DNA of 64,000 nt from the NCBI GenBank assembly GCA_043822125.1, contig JBDRCB010000006.1:45662-109661 (forward strand), written 5' to 3'. This stretch comes from an archaeon. GTDB lineage: Archaea > Nanobdellota > Nanobdellia > Pacearchaeales > GW2011-AR1. This document shows positions 1 through 9,557 of the stretch, in pieces. Position 1 is the stretch's first letter, and every line of letters begins with the position of its first letter. The translations under genes were made by a program, and so were the position numbers. The notes under the pieces are model-generated. The model saw only the letters and a program-made list of their open reading frames with translations. It did no database searches and was not told where the DNA came from.

Positions 1-468
1 ATAATTCATCCTGATGAAATTGATTTGCATAATGGTAACGGAACAAAATTAAATGAAGTTGAAGCTTTTGCCTGTGCAGAAATAATCAACAGAATAAACA
101 AAGGATACAAGAAAATTAGGGTTGTCCTTGACTGCCCGTCGACGAGTATTATAAAATGGCGGGATTTTTTAAAAACAAAAATAAAAAATTTATCAAATTT
201 AGAGATAATCTGCGAGCACAAAGCAGATAAAAATCACACTGCTGTTTCTGCTGCTTCAATCATAGCAAAGAGCATAAGAGAAAAAGAAATGGACAAACTT
301 AAAGAAAAATTCGGAGGGGAAATCGGCTCTGGTTATACATCTGACCCTCTAACACAAAAGTTTCTCGAAAAATTTGCAGACAAGCACAAGGATTCTGGAA
401 TTTTCAGAAAGACATGGATAACATGGAAAAGTGCCTATAAAAATTTAGGACAGAGAAAGTTGTTCTAA
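1..468 (+). CDS. rnhB: Ribonuclease HII, C-terminal part (5' end lies upstream of the window)
   Basis: Frame 1 is open from base 1. HKADKNHTAVSAASIIAKSIREKEM and GSGYTSDPLTQKFL motifs are typical of archaeal RNase HII. Confidence 0.85.
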   Translation: MIHPDEIDLHNGNGTKLNEVEAFACAEIINRINKGYKKIRVVLDCPSTSIIKWRDFLKTKIKNLSNLEIICEHKADKNHTAVSAASIIAKSIREKEMDKLKEKFGGEIGSGYTSDPLTQKFLEKFADKHKDSGIFRKTWITWKSAYKNLGQRKLF

Positions 469-500
469 ATCTTTAAAAATCCCTCTCACTTTTTCTCCTT

Positions 501-3359
501 ATGAGTTATATAAAAAAATTGGTGATGCACGGATTCAAAAGTTTTCCGAAAAAAACAGAAATACCTTTTACCCCAGGAATAAATGTTATTTTAGGTCCGA
601 ACGGAAGCGGAAAATCAAACATTTCCGACGCACTTTGTTTTGTCCTCGGACGCCTTTCAATAAAATCCATGCGCGCAGCAAAAGCAGGCAACTTAATATT
701 TCTCGGAACAAAATCCTATGCTCCGTCAAAAGAAGCGAGTGTGGAAATTGTATTCGACAATTCAAAAAACACTTTTTCAATTAATAATCGTGAGATTTCA
801 ATAAAAAGAATTGTGAGAAAAAATGGACAGAGTATATATAAAATCAACAATGAAACAAAAACCCGTCAGGAGATTTTAAGTTTGCTGGCACAAGCAGGAA
901 TAGATCCAAATGGATTTAACATCATTTTGCAGGGGGAAATTCAAAATTTTGTGAGAATGCAGCCAGATGAAAGAAGAAAAGTAGTTGAAGAGGTTTCAGG
1001 AATTTCTGTTTATGAATACAGAAAAGAGAAATCTCTGAAAGAGCTTGACAGGACAGAAGAAAAATTAAAAGAAGTTTTAGCGATTCTCAGAGAGAGAACT
1101 ATTTATCTTAATAATCTTGAAAAAGAGCGCCAACAGGCACTGCGATTTAAAAAATTAGAACAGGATGCGAAGAAATTCAAGGCAAGTATAATTTATCATG
1201 ATCTAACTAAGAAAAAAAAAGAAAAAGAATCAATAGAATCTGAAATTGAAAAAAAGAATAAGGAAATCGAGAAGATAAAAAAAGAAGTAGCAAATATAAG
1301 TACTACAATAGTATCATTGAATTCAAAGATAGATTCTATAAACTCAAGCATCCAAAAATCTGCTGGAGTTGAGCAGGAGAAGCTTAATAATGAAATAGCA
1401 AATCTGAGGGCAGAGCTTGCCGGCATGTATGTTAAGTCAGAAAATCTTGAGAAAAAACTCTCTATTATTTTAAAGCAAAAAACAGAACTTGAAAAATTTA
1501 TTTTTGATATAGAGAATTCTTTAAAAGAACTGCAGAAAGAATCTCCGTCTTCAATAAAAAAAGAAAAAGAACTTCGCGAAAAAAAACAAGAGCTTGAAAA
1601 ACTCGAGGAGAGAAGGAAGAAATTTTACATGGCGAAGTCAGAATTAAAATCCCTCTTAGAAAGAATTCAGGATAAAAAAAACCTGTTGCAGAACTACTCC
1701 AACGAGTCTGACTTCCTGCTTCGGCAGATAAATTCTGTTTCTCAGAAGCTGTTCGACAAAAAGACAAGTAGCGAAAAACTTAATGCATTAAAATCCTCTC
1801 TTTCTGAAAAAAAAGCACTTCTGGAGATAATTAATAAAAGAGAAATAGAACTTGAGAAAATTTCTTATGCACATGAATCTGAAGTTGAGAATCAGGATAA
1901 AATTATTGAAAAAATTTCAAAAATAGATATTTGTCCTCTATGCAAAAGCAAAATCACAAAAGAACATCTGCACAGCATACAAAGTGAAATTTCTCCAAGG
2001 GTGAAGTTCCTGAAGAAAGAAATTGAAAATGCAGACAGAGAGCTGAATGGGATTTACAAGAAACGCGAAGTGCTCGCAGGAGAGATTGAAAAAATAAGCA
2101 ATGAAATATTAGATAGAGAATCTGATATTGTTAAGCTGTCTGGAATCGAGGAAAAAAAAGAACAGATTAAATCTCTTCATGAAAAAATAACAAACCTGAA
2201 AAAAGAATTGGCAGAGCTTGAAAAAAAGAAAAAAAATCTTGAAGAGAGCTTTAGTGATAATTTTAACATAGAACAGAAATATGAAACTGCGAGAATTGAA
2301 GTACAGGAGATTTCCTTAAGAAGCGAAGAGACAATTAATTCTGAAATATCATTCAAACAGAGGGAATTTGAGAGAGCTAAAATTTCACTTAAACAGCTTT
2401 TAAGAGAAGAGGAAGATCTGAGTGAAGAATTTGAAGAGATGAAAAAAGAAATATCTAAAAAAGAAGATTTGCTGGAAAAAAAGAAAATTAAAGAAGAGGA
2501 GCTGAGCAGTAGATTTAAACAGCTTTTTTCAGAGCGCGACGCTGTTCATAAAAAAATCAGGGAGTGTGAATATGATTCGTCTGAGAAAAATAATTTTATT
2601 TACAGAATTGAGCAGGAGACAAATAATTTCAAAATTGAAAAAGCTCGCGTTGGTGCGGAAATAGAGAACTTTGAGATTGAAATGCTCAGTTTCCCGAATG
2701 TTGAAATTTTAAAATTAGGAAGGGATATCTTAATTCAGAAGCTGAGCAACACGCAAGAGATTCTCTCCAGAATCGGCTCTGTAAATCTGCGGGCATTGGA
2801 GGTTTATGATTCAATAAAGAAAGAATATGACGCGGTTAAAGAAAAAGTGGAGGTAATTTCAAAAGAAAAAGGGAGTGTATTGAAAATTATCAGCGAGATT
2901 GATATTAAGAAAAAAAAGACTTTTATAAAAAATTACAATGAATTAAATGAGATTTTTTCGAGGAATTTTTCCCAGCTCAGCACAAAAGGGCAGGTCTCAC
3001 TTGAACTTGAAAACAAGAAAGATCCTTTTGAAGGAGGGGTTAATATAATTGTAAAGACAGGACACGGAAAGTATTTTGATGTTAAGTCACTTTCAGGAGG
3101 GGAGCAGACACTGGTTGCACTTTCACTTATCTTCGCAATACAGGAATTAAAGCCGTATTATTTTTATATTCTCGACGAAATTGACGCTGCACTTGACAAA
3201 AGAAACTCCGAGCGCTTAGCAGGACTGCTGAAAAAATACATGCAGAAAGGGCAGTATATAATTATCACTCACAACGACGAAGTAATCACTAACGCGACAA
3301 ACCTTTACGGGGTTAGTATGCATGAAGGTATTAGTAAAATTATTAGTTTGAAAATTTGA
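501..3359 (+). CDS. smc: SMC-family chromosome segregation ATPase, short form (952 aa) with a central CxxC instead of a recognisable hinge
   Basis: N-terminal Walker A GPNGSGKSNISDALCFVLG, QGEIQNFVRMQPDERRKVVEEVSGISVY, and C-terminal LSGGEQTLVALSLIFAIQE..YILDEIDAALD. Long K/E-rich coiled coil, with CPLC at nt 1932-1943. Confidence 0.85.
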   Translation: MSYIKKLVMHGFKSFPKKTEIPFTPGINVILGPNGSGKSNISDALCFVLGRLSIKSMRAAKAGNLIFLGTKSYAPSKEASVEIVFDNSKNTFSINNREISIKRIVRKNGQSIYKINNETKTRQEILSLLAQAGIDPNGFNIILQGEIQNFVRMQPDERRKVVEEVSGISVYEYRKEKSLKELDRTEEKLKEVLAILRERTIYLNNLEKERQQALRFKKLEQDAKKFKASIIYHDLTKKKKEKESIESEIEKKNKEIEKIKKEVANISTTIVSLNSKIDSINSSIQKSAGVEQEKLNNEIANLRAELAGMYVKSENLEKKLSIILKQKTELEKFIFDIENSLKELQKESPSSIKKEKELREKKQELEKLEERRKKFYMAKSELKSLLERIQDKKNLLQNYSNESDFLLRQINSVSQKLFDKKTSSEKLNALKSSLSEKKALLEIINKREIELEKISYAHESEVENQDKIIEKISKIDICPLCKSKITKEHLHSIQSEISPRVKFLKKEIENADRELNGIYKKREVLAGEIEKISNEILDRESDIVKLSGIEEKKEQIKSLHEKITNLKKELAELEKKKKNLEESFSDNFNIEQKYETARIEVQEISLRSEETINSEISFKQREFERAKISLKQLLREEEDLSEEFEEMKKEISKKEDLLEKKKIKEEELSSRFKQLFSERDAVHKKIRECEYDSSEKNNFIYRIEQETNNFKIEKARVGAEIENFEIEMLSFPNVEILKLGRDILIQKLSNTQEILSRIGSVNLRALEVYDSIKKEYDAVKEKVEVISKEKGSVLKIISEIDIKKKKTFIKNYNELNEIFSRNFSQLSTKGQVSLELENKKDPFEGGVNIIVKTGHGKYFDVKSLSGGEQTLVALSLIFAIQELKPYYFYILDEIDAALDKRNSERLAGLLKKYMQKGQYIIITHNDEVITNATNLYGVSMHEGISKIISLKI

Positions 3360-3368
3360 GATATTAAA

Positions 3369-3977
3369 ATGAATAAAAAAGAACTCCTTGCCTCTCTTGA
3401 GAAGAAATTTCCAAAAAAAATAGTTGATGCTTTTTTAAAAGTAAAGAGAGAAGATTTTGTTATTGATTCTATGAAGTCAAGAACTTATGAAGACACTGCT
3501 CTTCCCCTCGGGCATGGACAGACAATCTCCCAGCCATATACAATTGCAGTCATGCTCTCGCTTCTTGATGTGAAGGACTCTCAGAAAATTCTAGAGGTCG
3601 GTTCTGGATGTGGTTATGTTCTCGCACTGCTTTCTGAATTGACTGGAAAAAAAGGAAAAGTTTTTGGAGTTGAATTAGTCAAAGAACTTGCAGAACAATC
3701 GAAAAAAAATTTGTATGAATATTCAAATGTGAAAGTTTATAATAAAAATGGTGCAGATGGACTGGAGGAGCATGCTCCTTTTGACAGGATTTTAATCAGT
3801 GCAGCATGCAGAGAAGTCCCTGAAAGACTGCTTGCACAGCTGAAAGACCACGGAATTCTCGTTGCTCCTGTTGGCTCTCGGTATGAGCAGACACTTGTAA
3901 AAATACAAAATAAAAAAAATAATTTTATAACAAAAGAAAAAATATCGGGATTTATTTTTGTCCCGTTTATAGAATAA
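3369..3977 (+). CDS. pcm: Protein-L-isoaspartate O-methyltransferase
   Basis: GHGQTISQPYTIAVML and the SAM-binding ILEVGSGCGY motif. Length 202 aa. Confidence 0.9.
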   Translation: MNKKELLASLEKKFPKKIVDAFLKVKREDFVIDSMKSRTYEDTALPLGHGQTISQPYTIAVMLSLLDVKDSQKILEVGSGCGYVLALLSELTGKKGKVFGVELVKELAEQSKKNLYEYSNVKVYNKNGADGLEEHAPFDRILISAACREVPERLLAQLKDHGILVAPVGSRYEQTLVKIQNKKNNFITKEKISGFIFVPFIE

Positions 3978-4015
3978 AGGAGAAAGTAATAAAAATAAAA
4001 AAATAAAAAAAGAAA

Positions 4016-5242
4016 TTAATAGTAACTTTCTCCGAATTCTTCTGTTTTTTCAGGTTTCTTTCCTAAAAGAACAATCAAGACTACCAGCAATACAATAAAG
4101 ATTATTGCCAGAACAATTGCAAGTATAACAGCTGGATTTGTTATTGAAGTACCCTCTACTTTTGCATTAAGAGTCACGCTCTCAACAAGCTGTTCTCCTG
4201 AGAAGAAATTCACATTGAATTTATATTCTCCTTCTTCACTCGCACTAACACTTATTTTAATGTTCTTGCTTGAACCTGCTGGAACAGCTACTAATGTGCT
4301 GTCTGTACTTGAAGAAATTCCTCCAGAAGATTCTGTAATTACTCTGTATACTTTCAGCTTGTTTGTTGGGTTGACAACCAGAATGTCATATTCTGCATTC
4401 TCTCCAACAGCAAAAGTTTTTCCTGTGCTATATACAACAACATTTTCTGAAAAGTCATTTTCAACAGCAATTTGTATTGTCCTGCTTTTTACAACATCGT
4501 TGTTTTCAGCTTCTACTTCAATAGTGTAAGTTCCTGCTTTAGCATCATAAGGAATATTCACATAGAATCTTCCTGTTGCTGTGTCTTCATCGTCATCACA
4601 TTCGTCTTCAGAGCATCTTGTTGTAATTATATTCCTGAAGTAAGATGTTTTTTCAATTCCTAATGCTGGAATTTTCAAAGTTACATACAAGTCTTCAAGT
4701 TCATTGTATCCAATGTTCTTGATCACAACATCAACTGGCAACATTTCACCAGCCCCTACTTTCTGCTCTGTGCTTATTGACATAAAGTCAAGATTGTATG
4801 AAGGTCTCTGAACTCTGAGAGTAATCTCAGGATGTTCTGTTTTGAAGTCGCCGTTCCAGATTTTTATATTAAGGGCAAGGTCTTCACTGACTTCGTCGTT
4901 AAGTTCATATGGAACTTTTAGAGTCAATGTTTTTTTGTATCTTTTTCCTTCCTCAATAACAAATCTTGAAGTGACTGCATCAACATCTGTTTTGTCTCCT
5001 TCAATTTCTACCCTCATCCTTACATCTGAAGCATCTTCAAGTGCGATGAATTCTACTTCTACTGTAACTGTCTCTCCGGCAGTAACACTAATATCTTCAT
5101 TGCTGTATTCATACAAATCATTGATTCTGACTTCCTGAATTCCTGCAATTTCACTTGTTGCTGCGCTGATTGTTGACACTAGAAATAAAGCACTTACAAT
5201 CGATAGGAAAAAAACCATAAGGTTTTTTGTTTTCATTTCCAT
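4016..5242 (-). CDS. Secreted cell-surface protein (N-terminal signal peptide, beta-rich repeats, C-terminal TM anchor), possible S-layer/CARDB-like protein
   Basis: N-terminus MKTKNLMVFFLSIVSALFLVSTISA. C-terminal hydrophobic AVILAIVLAIIFIVLLVVLIVLL followed by a basic tail. Confidence 0.5.
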   Translation of the reverse strand: MEMKTKNLMVFFLSIVSALFLVSTISAATSEIAGIQEVRINDLYEYSNEDISVTAGETVTVEVEFIALEDASDVRMRVEIEGDKTDVDAVTSRFVIEEGKRYKKTLTLKVPYELNDEVSEDLALNIKIWNGDFKTEHPEITLRVQRPSYNLDFMSISTEQKVGAGEMLPVDVVIKNIGYNELEDLYVTLKIPALGIEKTSYFRNIITTRCSEDECDDDEDTATGRFYVNIPYDAKAGTYTIEVEAENNDVVKSRTIQIAVENDFSENVVVYSTGKTFAVGENAEYDILVVNPTNKLKVYRVITESSGGISSSTDSTLVAVPAGSSKNIKISVSASEEGEYKFNVNFFSGEQLVESVTLNAKVEGTSITNPAVILAIVLAIIFIVLLVVLIVLLGKKPEKTEEFGESYY

Positions 5243-5374
5243 TTTAAAATTTAATTGCCAGAAACTTTGTTTTCTGGTATTTTTGAAATACTAAACTTCT
5301 TTATAAATTTTACTATTGTTGTAATTTTATAGTTACAAAGAATTTACCCTAATGTCAGGGACACTCAGTGAATG

Positions 5375-6154
5375 CTATTCGTCTTTACATATTTCTAGTC
5401 CTTTTGCAGAATCTTCGACAGGAGAAGGGCTCTCATTTATTATAATTATTTTTTTATTTTTTGGTAGATTTTTAAACAACCATTTCCAATATTTTTCTTC
5501 TGTTCTTTTGTGATTTTTTTCTCCTTTTACTCCATATTCAATTCCTGAAAAATGACAGTGCCATTCTTTTTGTGGAAATAATTTTTTTATTTTCTCCCAT
5601 TCTAATTCTTTTTCCCTAGCCAGTATATGTGCAAAATCAAGGCAGAAACCGCATCCAGTGTCTTTTACTAATTCTGCTATTTCCTCTGCACTCCCAAAAA
5701 CATTTGTCTTCCCAGTTGTTTCAGGTGCAAGTTTTGGAGTGTAATTTTTTTCTCTTCTTGCTTTCTGCAGTTTTTCAATTTCAGATTTTATTTTTCTATA
5801 TGTCTGTTCTTTTGTGCTCTTTCCATAATAGCCAGGATGAAAGACAATTTTTTCAGCATCAAGCCATGTCCCGACTTCAAGGCATCTCAGAATTCTTTTT
5901 TTGCTTTTCTCAGCAATTTCTTTTTTATCAGAATTTAGATTTATCCAGTAAGGTGCGTGGATACTTAATTCAACATCATATTTTTTCGCAGATTTTTTTA
6001 TTTTCAGAGCATCTTCTTTGTTTTTAATGTAAATTCCATAAGTGAATGCAATCTCGCATGCTTTCAAGCCGAGTTTGTGATATTCCTCAAGATTTTCAAC
6101 TGCTTCTTTCACACCCCCGAGCCCTGCAGGCCCGAATTTTATCTCCATTGTCAC
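5375..6154 (-). CDS. nfo: Endonuclease IV-like / xylose isomerase-like TIM-barrel protein
   Basis: The spacing of SIHAPYWINLNS, VFHPGYYG, CLDFAHILA and HCHFSGIEYG resembles the metal-binding motifs of AP endonuclease family 2. Confidence 0.65.
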   Translation of the reverse strand: MTMEIKFGPAGLGGVKEAVENLEEYHKLGLKACEIAFTYGIYIKNKEDALKIKKSAKKYDVELSIHAPYWINLNSDKKEIAEKSKKRILRCLEVGTWLDAEKIVFHPGYYGKSTKEQTYRKIKSEIEKLQKARREKNYTPKLAPETTGKTNVFGSAEEIAELVKDTGCGFCLDFAHILAREKELEWEKIKKLFPQKEWHCHFSGIEYGVKGEKNHKRTEEKYWKWLFKNLPKNKKIIIINESPSPVEDSAKGLEICKDE

Positions 6155-6996
6155 AGGAATTCAAGAGGAGATTTAGTGTTTATTAAATTTGGAGATGCAA
6201 TGTGAGTATAAACTAATGTTGTTTCAGGAGATTTGTGCCCCAACATTGCTTGCACATTTGTGATATCATATCCATTCTCAATTAGATGAGTTGCAAAGCT
6301 ATGTCTTAATATATGTGGAGAGATTTCTTTCCAATTTTTTAGTTTAGCTTTTTTTGAAGCATTTTTGATTATTCTTTGGATGCTCCGCATATGATATTTT
6401 TTATTCCTATTCGACTGAAATAAAGAATCTTCTCCATTTAGATTTTCAATTTCAATTAAGTTTTTTATCTTCTCCCTGACAATTTTAGACAAAATGATTA
6501 ATCTGTCTTTTCCACCTTTGCCGTTCCTTACATAGCCGTAATTTTTATCTAATTTTAAATCTTTTAATTTCATATTTAATAGTTCTGAAACTCTTAAACC
6601 AGAACCATAAAGAAATTCAATCATTAATCTGTGCTTCCAATTAGAAATTGAATTCAGCAATTTTCTAATTTCTTCTTTTGACAAAACAGAAGGAATTTTT
6701 TGCGGAGTTTTGGAGTATTTGATGTCAACCCACATCCTTCGATTCATCACATCTTCAAAAAGGAATTTTATTGCCATATGAGCAACATTTAGGGTATTTC
6801 CAGAAAGATTTTGATTATTTAACTTTTGTAGAAATGCATTAACATCTTTTTTTGAGATATATCTTAAATCTTTTCTGCTCCAATTTAGAAATCTTCTAAT
6901 CCAATAAATATATGATTTCGCAGTTCTCTCAGAATGCCTGTATCTTTTACATTTTGCCTTAACTGCTAATTCTATATCAGAAGGGAAATATACCAT
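6151..6996 (-). CDS. Tyrosine site-specific recombinase, Xer/IntI-like (281 aa)
   Basis: Catalytic signature YGSGLRVSEL (R), GKGGKDR (K), HILRHSFATH (HxxR), LGHKS and LVYTHI (Y). The N-terminal RYRHSERTAKSYIYWIRRF is SAM-like. The stop overlaps the nfo-like start (ATGA). Confidence 0.85.
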   Translation of the reverse strand: MVYFPSDIELAVKAKCKRYRHSERTAKSYIYWIRRFLNWSRKDLRYISKKDVNAFLQKLNNQNLSGNTLNVAHMAIKFLFEDVMNRRMWVDIKYSKTPQKIPSVLSKEEIRKLLNSISNWKHRLMIEFLYGSGLRVSELLNMKLKDLKLDKNYGYVRNGKGGKDRLIILSKIVREKIKNLIEIENLNGEDSLFQSNRNKKYHMRSIQRIIKNASKKAKLKNWKEISPHILRHSFATHLIENGYDITNVQAMLGHKSPETTLVYTHIASPNLINTKSPLEFL

Positions 6997-7115
6997 AATA
7001 GACTATAAAATATATTTATAAAAATGTAAGTTTTAACTTTAGAGTTAAACAAGTATTTCTTGATACTGATACAAAATTTAATTCTTTCACAGCCTAATAC
7101 AATTATTTTTATCAA

Positions 7116-7143
7116 AATTCGCATAAAGTCTGTTAAATCCAAT
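7116..7143. repeat. dif-like Xer-type site S0: AATTCGCATAA-AGTCTG-TTAAATCCAAT
   Basis: 11-6-11 architecture with inner ATAA / TTAA arm ends. TCGCATAA resembles the GCGCATAA arm of E. coli dif. It lies about 120 bp upstream of the recombinase ATG. Confidence 0.55.
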
Positions 7144-7148
7144 TGCCC

Positions 7149-7646
7149 CTACGCGCGCTCTAAGAATTTTTGAATTAAATGGGCTTTATGCTCACGATTT
7201 GTTTCTGCATAAGTTTGTGCTTCTGCCTCTAAAGTAAAACAAGGAATTTCAATATCATCAATTTTCTTCTTTGTTAATTTGTTTGCTAATAATTTGCTAA
7301 CATACTCGCCCGTATCTCTTTCTCCTAAAATTTGAACTTCTACATTTCCAATATCTAATTTGACTTCCCAACCGGGCTCGTCTGTTAGAGGTTTCAATTC
7401 CTTGACGGCAGAAGCATTATATTCTGAAAAGATTTCTCGCATTTTTTCCAAATCTTTTAACTGCACAACAATATCCAAATCGTGAGGGCTAACATCCATT
7501 CCTTGTAATTGCATATTTGTACTTCCGATTAAAGCCCATTTAATTTTATTTTCATTCATTAATTTGTGAATTATTTTGATTGCTTTTTTGAAGTTTTCAT
7601 TTATCATATATTCAAAATAATTCTTATTATTTAATAACTTTACCAT
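7149..7646 (-). CDS. Nucleotidyltransferase-fold protein (module cargo)
   Basis: ALIGSTNMQLQGMDVSPHDLDIVV matches the GS..(n)..DxD pattern of the pol-beta-type nucleotidyltransferase superfamily. Confidence 0.55.
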   Translation of the reverse strand: MVKLLNNKNYFEYMINENFKKAIKIIHKLMNENKIKWALIGSTNMQLQGMDVSPHDLDIVVQLKDLEKMREIFSEYNASAVKELKPLTDEPGWEVKLDIGNVEVQILGERDTGEYVSKLLANKLTKKKIDDIEIPCFTLEAEAQTYAETNREHKAHLIQKFLERA

Positions 7647-7725
7647 AACGCGCGCTTCGGGGCAACTCCTTCGCCTTCGGCTCGGTCACGCCTTGCAGGC
7701 TCTCACAAAATCAAAGATTTTGTTA

Positions 7726-7753
7726 GGAGGATTTAACAGCGATTAGTTTCAAT
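7726..7753. repeat. dif-like site A1: GGAGGATTTAA-CAGCGA-TTAGTTTCAAT
   Basis: Same 11-6-11 layout and orientation as the other copies. It is preceded by the CACGCCTTGCAGGCTCTCAC block (7687-7706). Confidence 0.5.
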
Positions 7754-7810
7754 TCTGGGTTTGCCTTTCAGGCACGCTTCGCTACCGAAAATTCTAATGT
7801 TGTTATCTTC

Positions 7811-7868
7811 GTTTAACGCTCCAATGCGAAATTAAAATTATCGCATAACATCGCTGATTAAACGAAAT
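7811..7868. repeat. Two decayed dif-like copies with no ORF between them (TTTAACGCTCCAATGCGAAATT and TCGCATAACATCGCTGATTAAACGAAATT)
   Basis: They share TCGCATAA with site S0 and the ..AAC..GAAATT tail with the consensus. Indels break the 6-nt spacer. Confidence 0.35.
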
Positions 7869-7901
7869 TGCTGAAAAATAAAAATAGTAGAAACGAAAGA
7901 T

Positions 7902-8438
7902 TTAATCTTTTGGAAGAATTCTTATTCTGTCTGCTCTCTTATTTCCTGCTTGAGTTTCAGGTGTAAAATAAGTTTCATTAGGGTAATCTCTATTCGCTGA
8001 ACCACCAAACCAATTTCCATGTCTCATGTTTCCAGAAGGAAAGCTTATTCTTGTTCCTTCTCCGATAATTGCATCAAGAGCTTCTTTTTTAATTGGAATT
8101 CCTGGTTTTCCATATGCTTTACCTTTTCCAAATTCATCTCCATCAATAACTGAAACTCCAATGATTCTTCCGTCATCGGTTTGAACTTTAAGAACATATT
8201 TTGATTCTAATTTTACTGTTTCATTAGAATAACTCATTAAACCATTCCAGTTTGGAACAGGCGATAATGTGTTTTGATAACTCTCTGCGAGAACGGTTCC
8301 AACAATTTGTCTTTTTCCTTCTTCAAATAATCTTTCATATTTTCTATCGGCATTTATCATACTGGAACCTGCAAAGTATGCGCCTGTAGCGATTCCTAAT
8401 GAAACCAATCCACCGATGACTTTATTTTTCAAACTCAT
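7902..8438 (-). CDS. Hypothetical membrane-anchored protein (module cargo)
   Basis: 178-aa ORF with an N-terminal hydrophobic segment VIGGLVSLGIATGAYFAG. No recognisable family. Confidence 0.45.
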   Translation of the reverse strand: MSLKNKVIGGLVSLGIATGAYFAGSSMINADRKYERLFEEGKRQIVGTVLAESYQNTLSPVPNWNGLMSYSNETVKLESKYVLKVQTDDGRIIGVSVIDGDEFGKGKAYGKPGIPIKKEALDAIIGEGTRISFPSGNMRHGNWFGGSANRDYPNETYFTPETQAGNKRADRIRILPKD

Positions 8439-8598
8439 ACTAAACAGAATAAACCAATACTTTATAAACCTTTCGGTTCTTTTACCACTTGAGAGTTAAT
8501 AATTTATTTTTCAACAATTACGATAACAACGAATTTTCGGCGAGCCCCGAACTTCTCCCTTCGGTCGACCACGTTGCACTCTCCTCCTTTCAGTCGTC

Positions 8599-8626
8599 GG
8601 GAGACATAACAGGAATTATATCCAAT
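8599..8626. repeat. dif-like site B: GGGAGACATAA-CAGGAA-TTATATCCAAT
   Basis: This is the best copy. The minus strand reads ATTGGATATAA-TTCCTG-TTATGTCTCCC, and TTATGT matches the XerD-side arm start of E. coli dif. It is preceded by CACGTTGCACTCTCC (8570-8584). Confidence 0.6.
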
Positions 8627-8645
8627 TTGGGCAAATAATTTATTC

Positions 8646-8858
8646 TTAAGTATTATGCCTATAAATTATATATTCAAAAGAGGGCTCTTTAAGAACTATT
8701 TCTTTAATTTCATTTGGAGAAGTATATTTTATCTTTAATTCATAACCTTTCTTAAAGTGCCCCATAGTATGATGTCTTTTAACATCTTCTAAATTCATTT
8801 TATTTTTAGAGATCCCTGTTGATGTAATGATTTTCTCAATTTGTTCTATAAGATCCAT
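8646..8858 (-). CDS. Hypothetical 70-aa protein (module cargo)
   Basis: ORF bounded by the perfect 10-bp inverted repeat TTTGGGCAAA (8626-8635) / TTTGCCCAAA (8892-8901). No family recognised. Confidence 0.4.
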   Translation of the reverse strand: MDLIEQIEKIITSTGISKNKMNLEDVKRHHTMGHFKKGYELKIKYTSPNEIKEIVLKEPSFEYIIYRHNT

Positions 8859-8956
8859 ATAAAATTGTTTAAATACCTTAATTTAAAAATGTTTGCCCAA
8901 ACTCAAAATCCTTAAGATTTTGCCACGCTGCGCTCTCATTTCGCTTCGCTCCATTC

Positions 8957-8984
8957 GGGAGATATAACACGAATTATATTCAAT
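8957..8984. repeat. dif-like site C: GGGAGATATAA-CACGAA-TTATATTCAAT
   Basis: 24 of 28 positions are identical to site B. It is preceded by CACGCTGCGCTCTC (8924-8937). Confidence 0.6.
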
Positions 8985-8997
8985 TGAACTTGGCGCG

Positions 8998-9450
8998 CTA
9001 TTGATGCATTACAATAATTTCTTTTAGAAGTGGACCTTTCTTTCCGAAAGGTAAATCAAACCATCTTTCTTCAAACCATTCAATTTTATGTTTTTTAACT
9101 TCTCCAAAATGTGGATCTGCCAAAATAATTTTATCTTTGTCAAAGCCTACAACCACAGAATAATGCCCTGCTTCTTCAGGAGAAAACCAATCAACTATAA
9201 CAGGAATTCCTTTTTTTACTAATTTTTTCACTTCGTTAATTGAGGAATTCTGTTTTACATATCCCTTGAAGCCAAATTCTTCTGCGGCTTTGACTATATT
9301 TTCTTCATCGCAACCTCTTGTTCTACTGCTTTTTGTTGTTTTTGCTAAATAATTTTCTGATTTATTTATTCCATAAGCAGATAGAACCATCTTTAATGAG
9401 GCAGGTCCACAATATCCTTTTGATTGTTTGAATGGTTTGAGTTTAATCAT
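8998..9450 (-). CDS. Peptidase C39-like (papain-fold cysteine peptidase) domain protein (module cargo)
   Basis: QSKGYCGPASLKMVLSAYG (catalytic Cys context) and GHYSVVVGFDKDKIILADP (His) match the C39-like pattern. Confidence 0.6.
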   Translation of the reverse strand: MIKLKPFKQSKGYCGPASLKMVLSAYGINKSENYLAKTTKSSRTRGCDEENIVKAAEEFGFKGYVKQNSSINEVKKLVKKGIPVIVDWFSPEEAGHYSVVVGFDKDKIILADPHFGEVKKHKIEWFEERWFDLPFGKKGPLLKEIIVMHQ

Positions 9451-9474
9451 AATAATATTAAAAGAAATTATTAG

Positions 9475-9484
9475 TATATAAAAA
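9475..9484 (-). promoter_or_regulatory. Candidate TATA box (minus strand TTTTATATA) for the C39-like gene
   Basis: AT-rich TTTATATA-like element centred about 30 nt upstream of the ATG at 9450. It lies between the ORF and the right inverted-repeat arm (9495-9505). Confidence 0.35.
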
Positions 9485-9557
9485 TGTTGTTTACGCGCGC
9501 CAAGTCCAACTCTAAAATTTTCCTTCGGAACGTTGCACTAAAAATCAATCCCTAACG

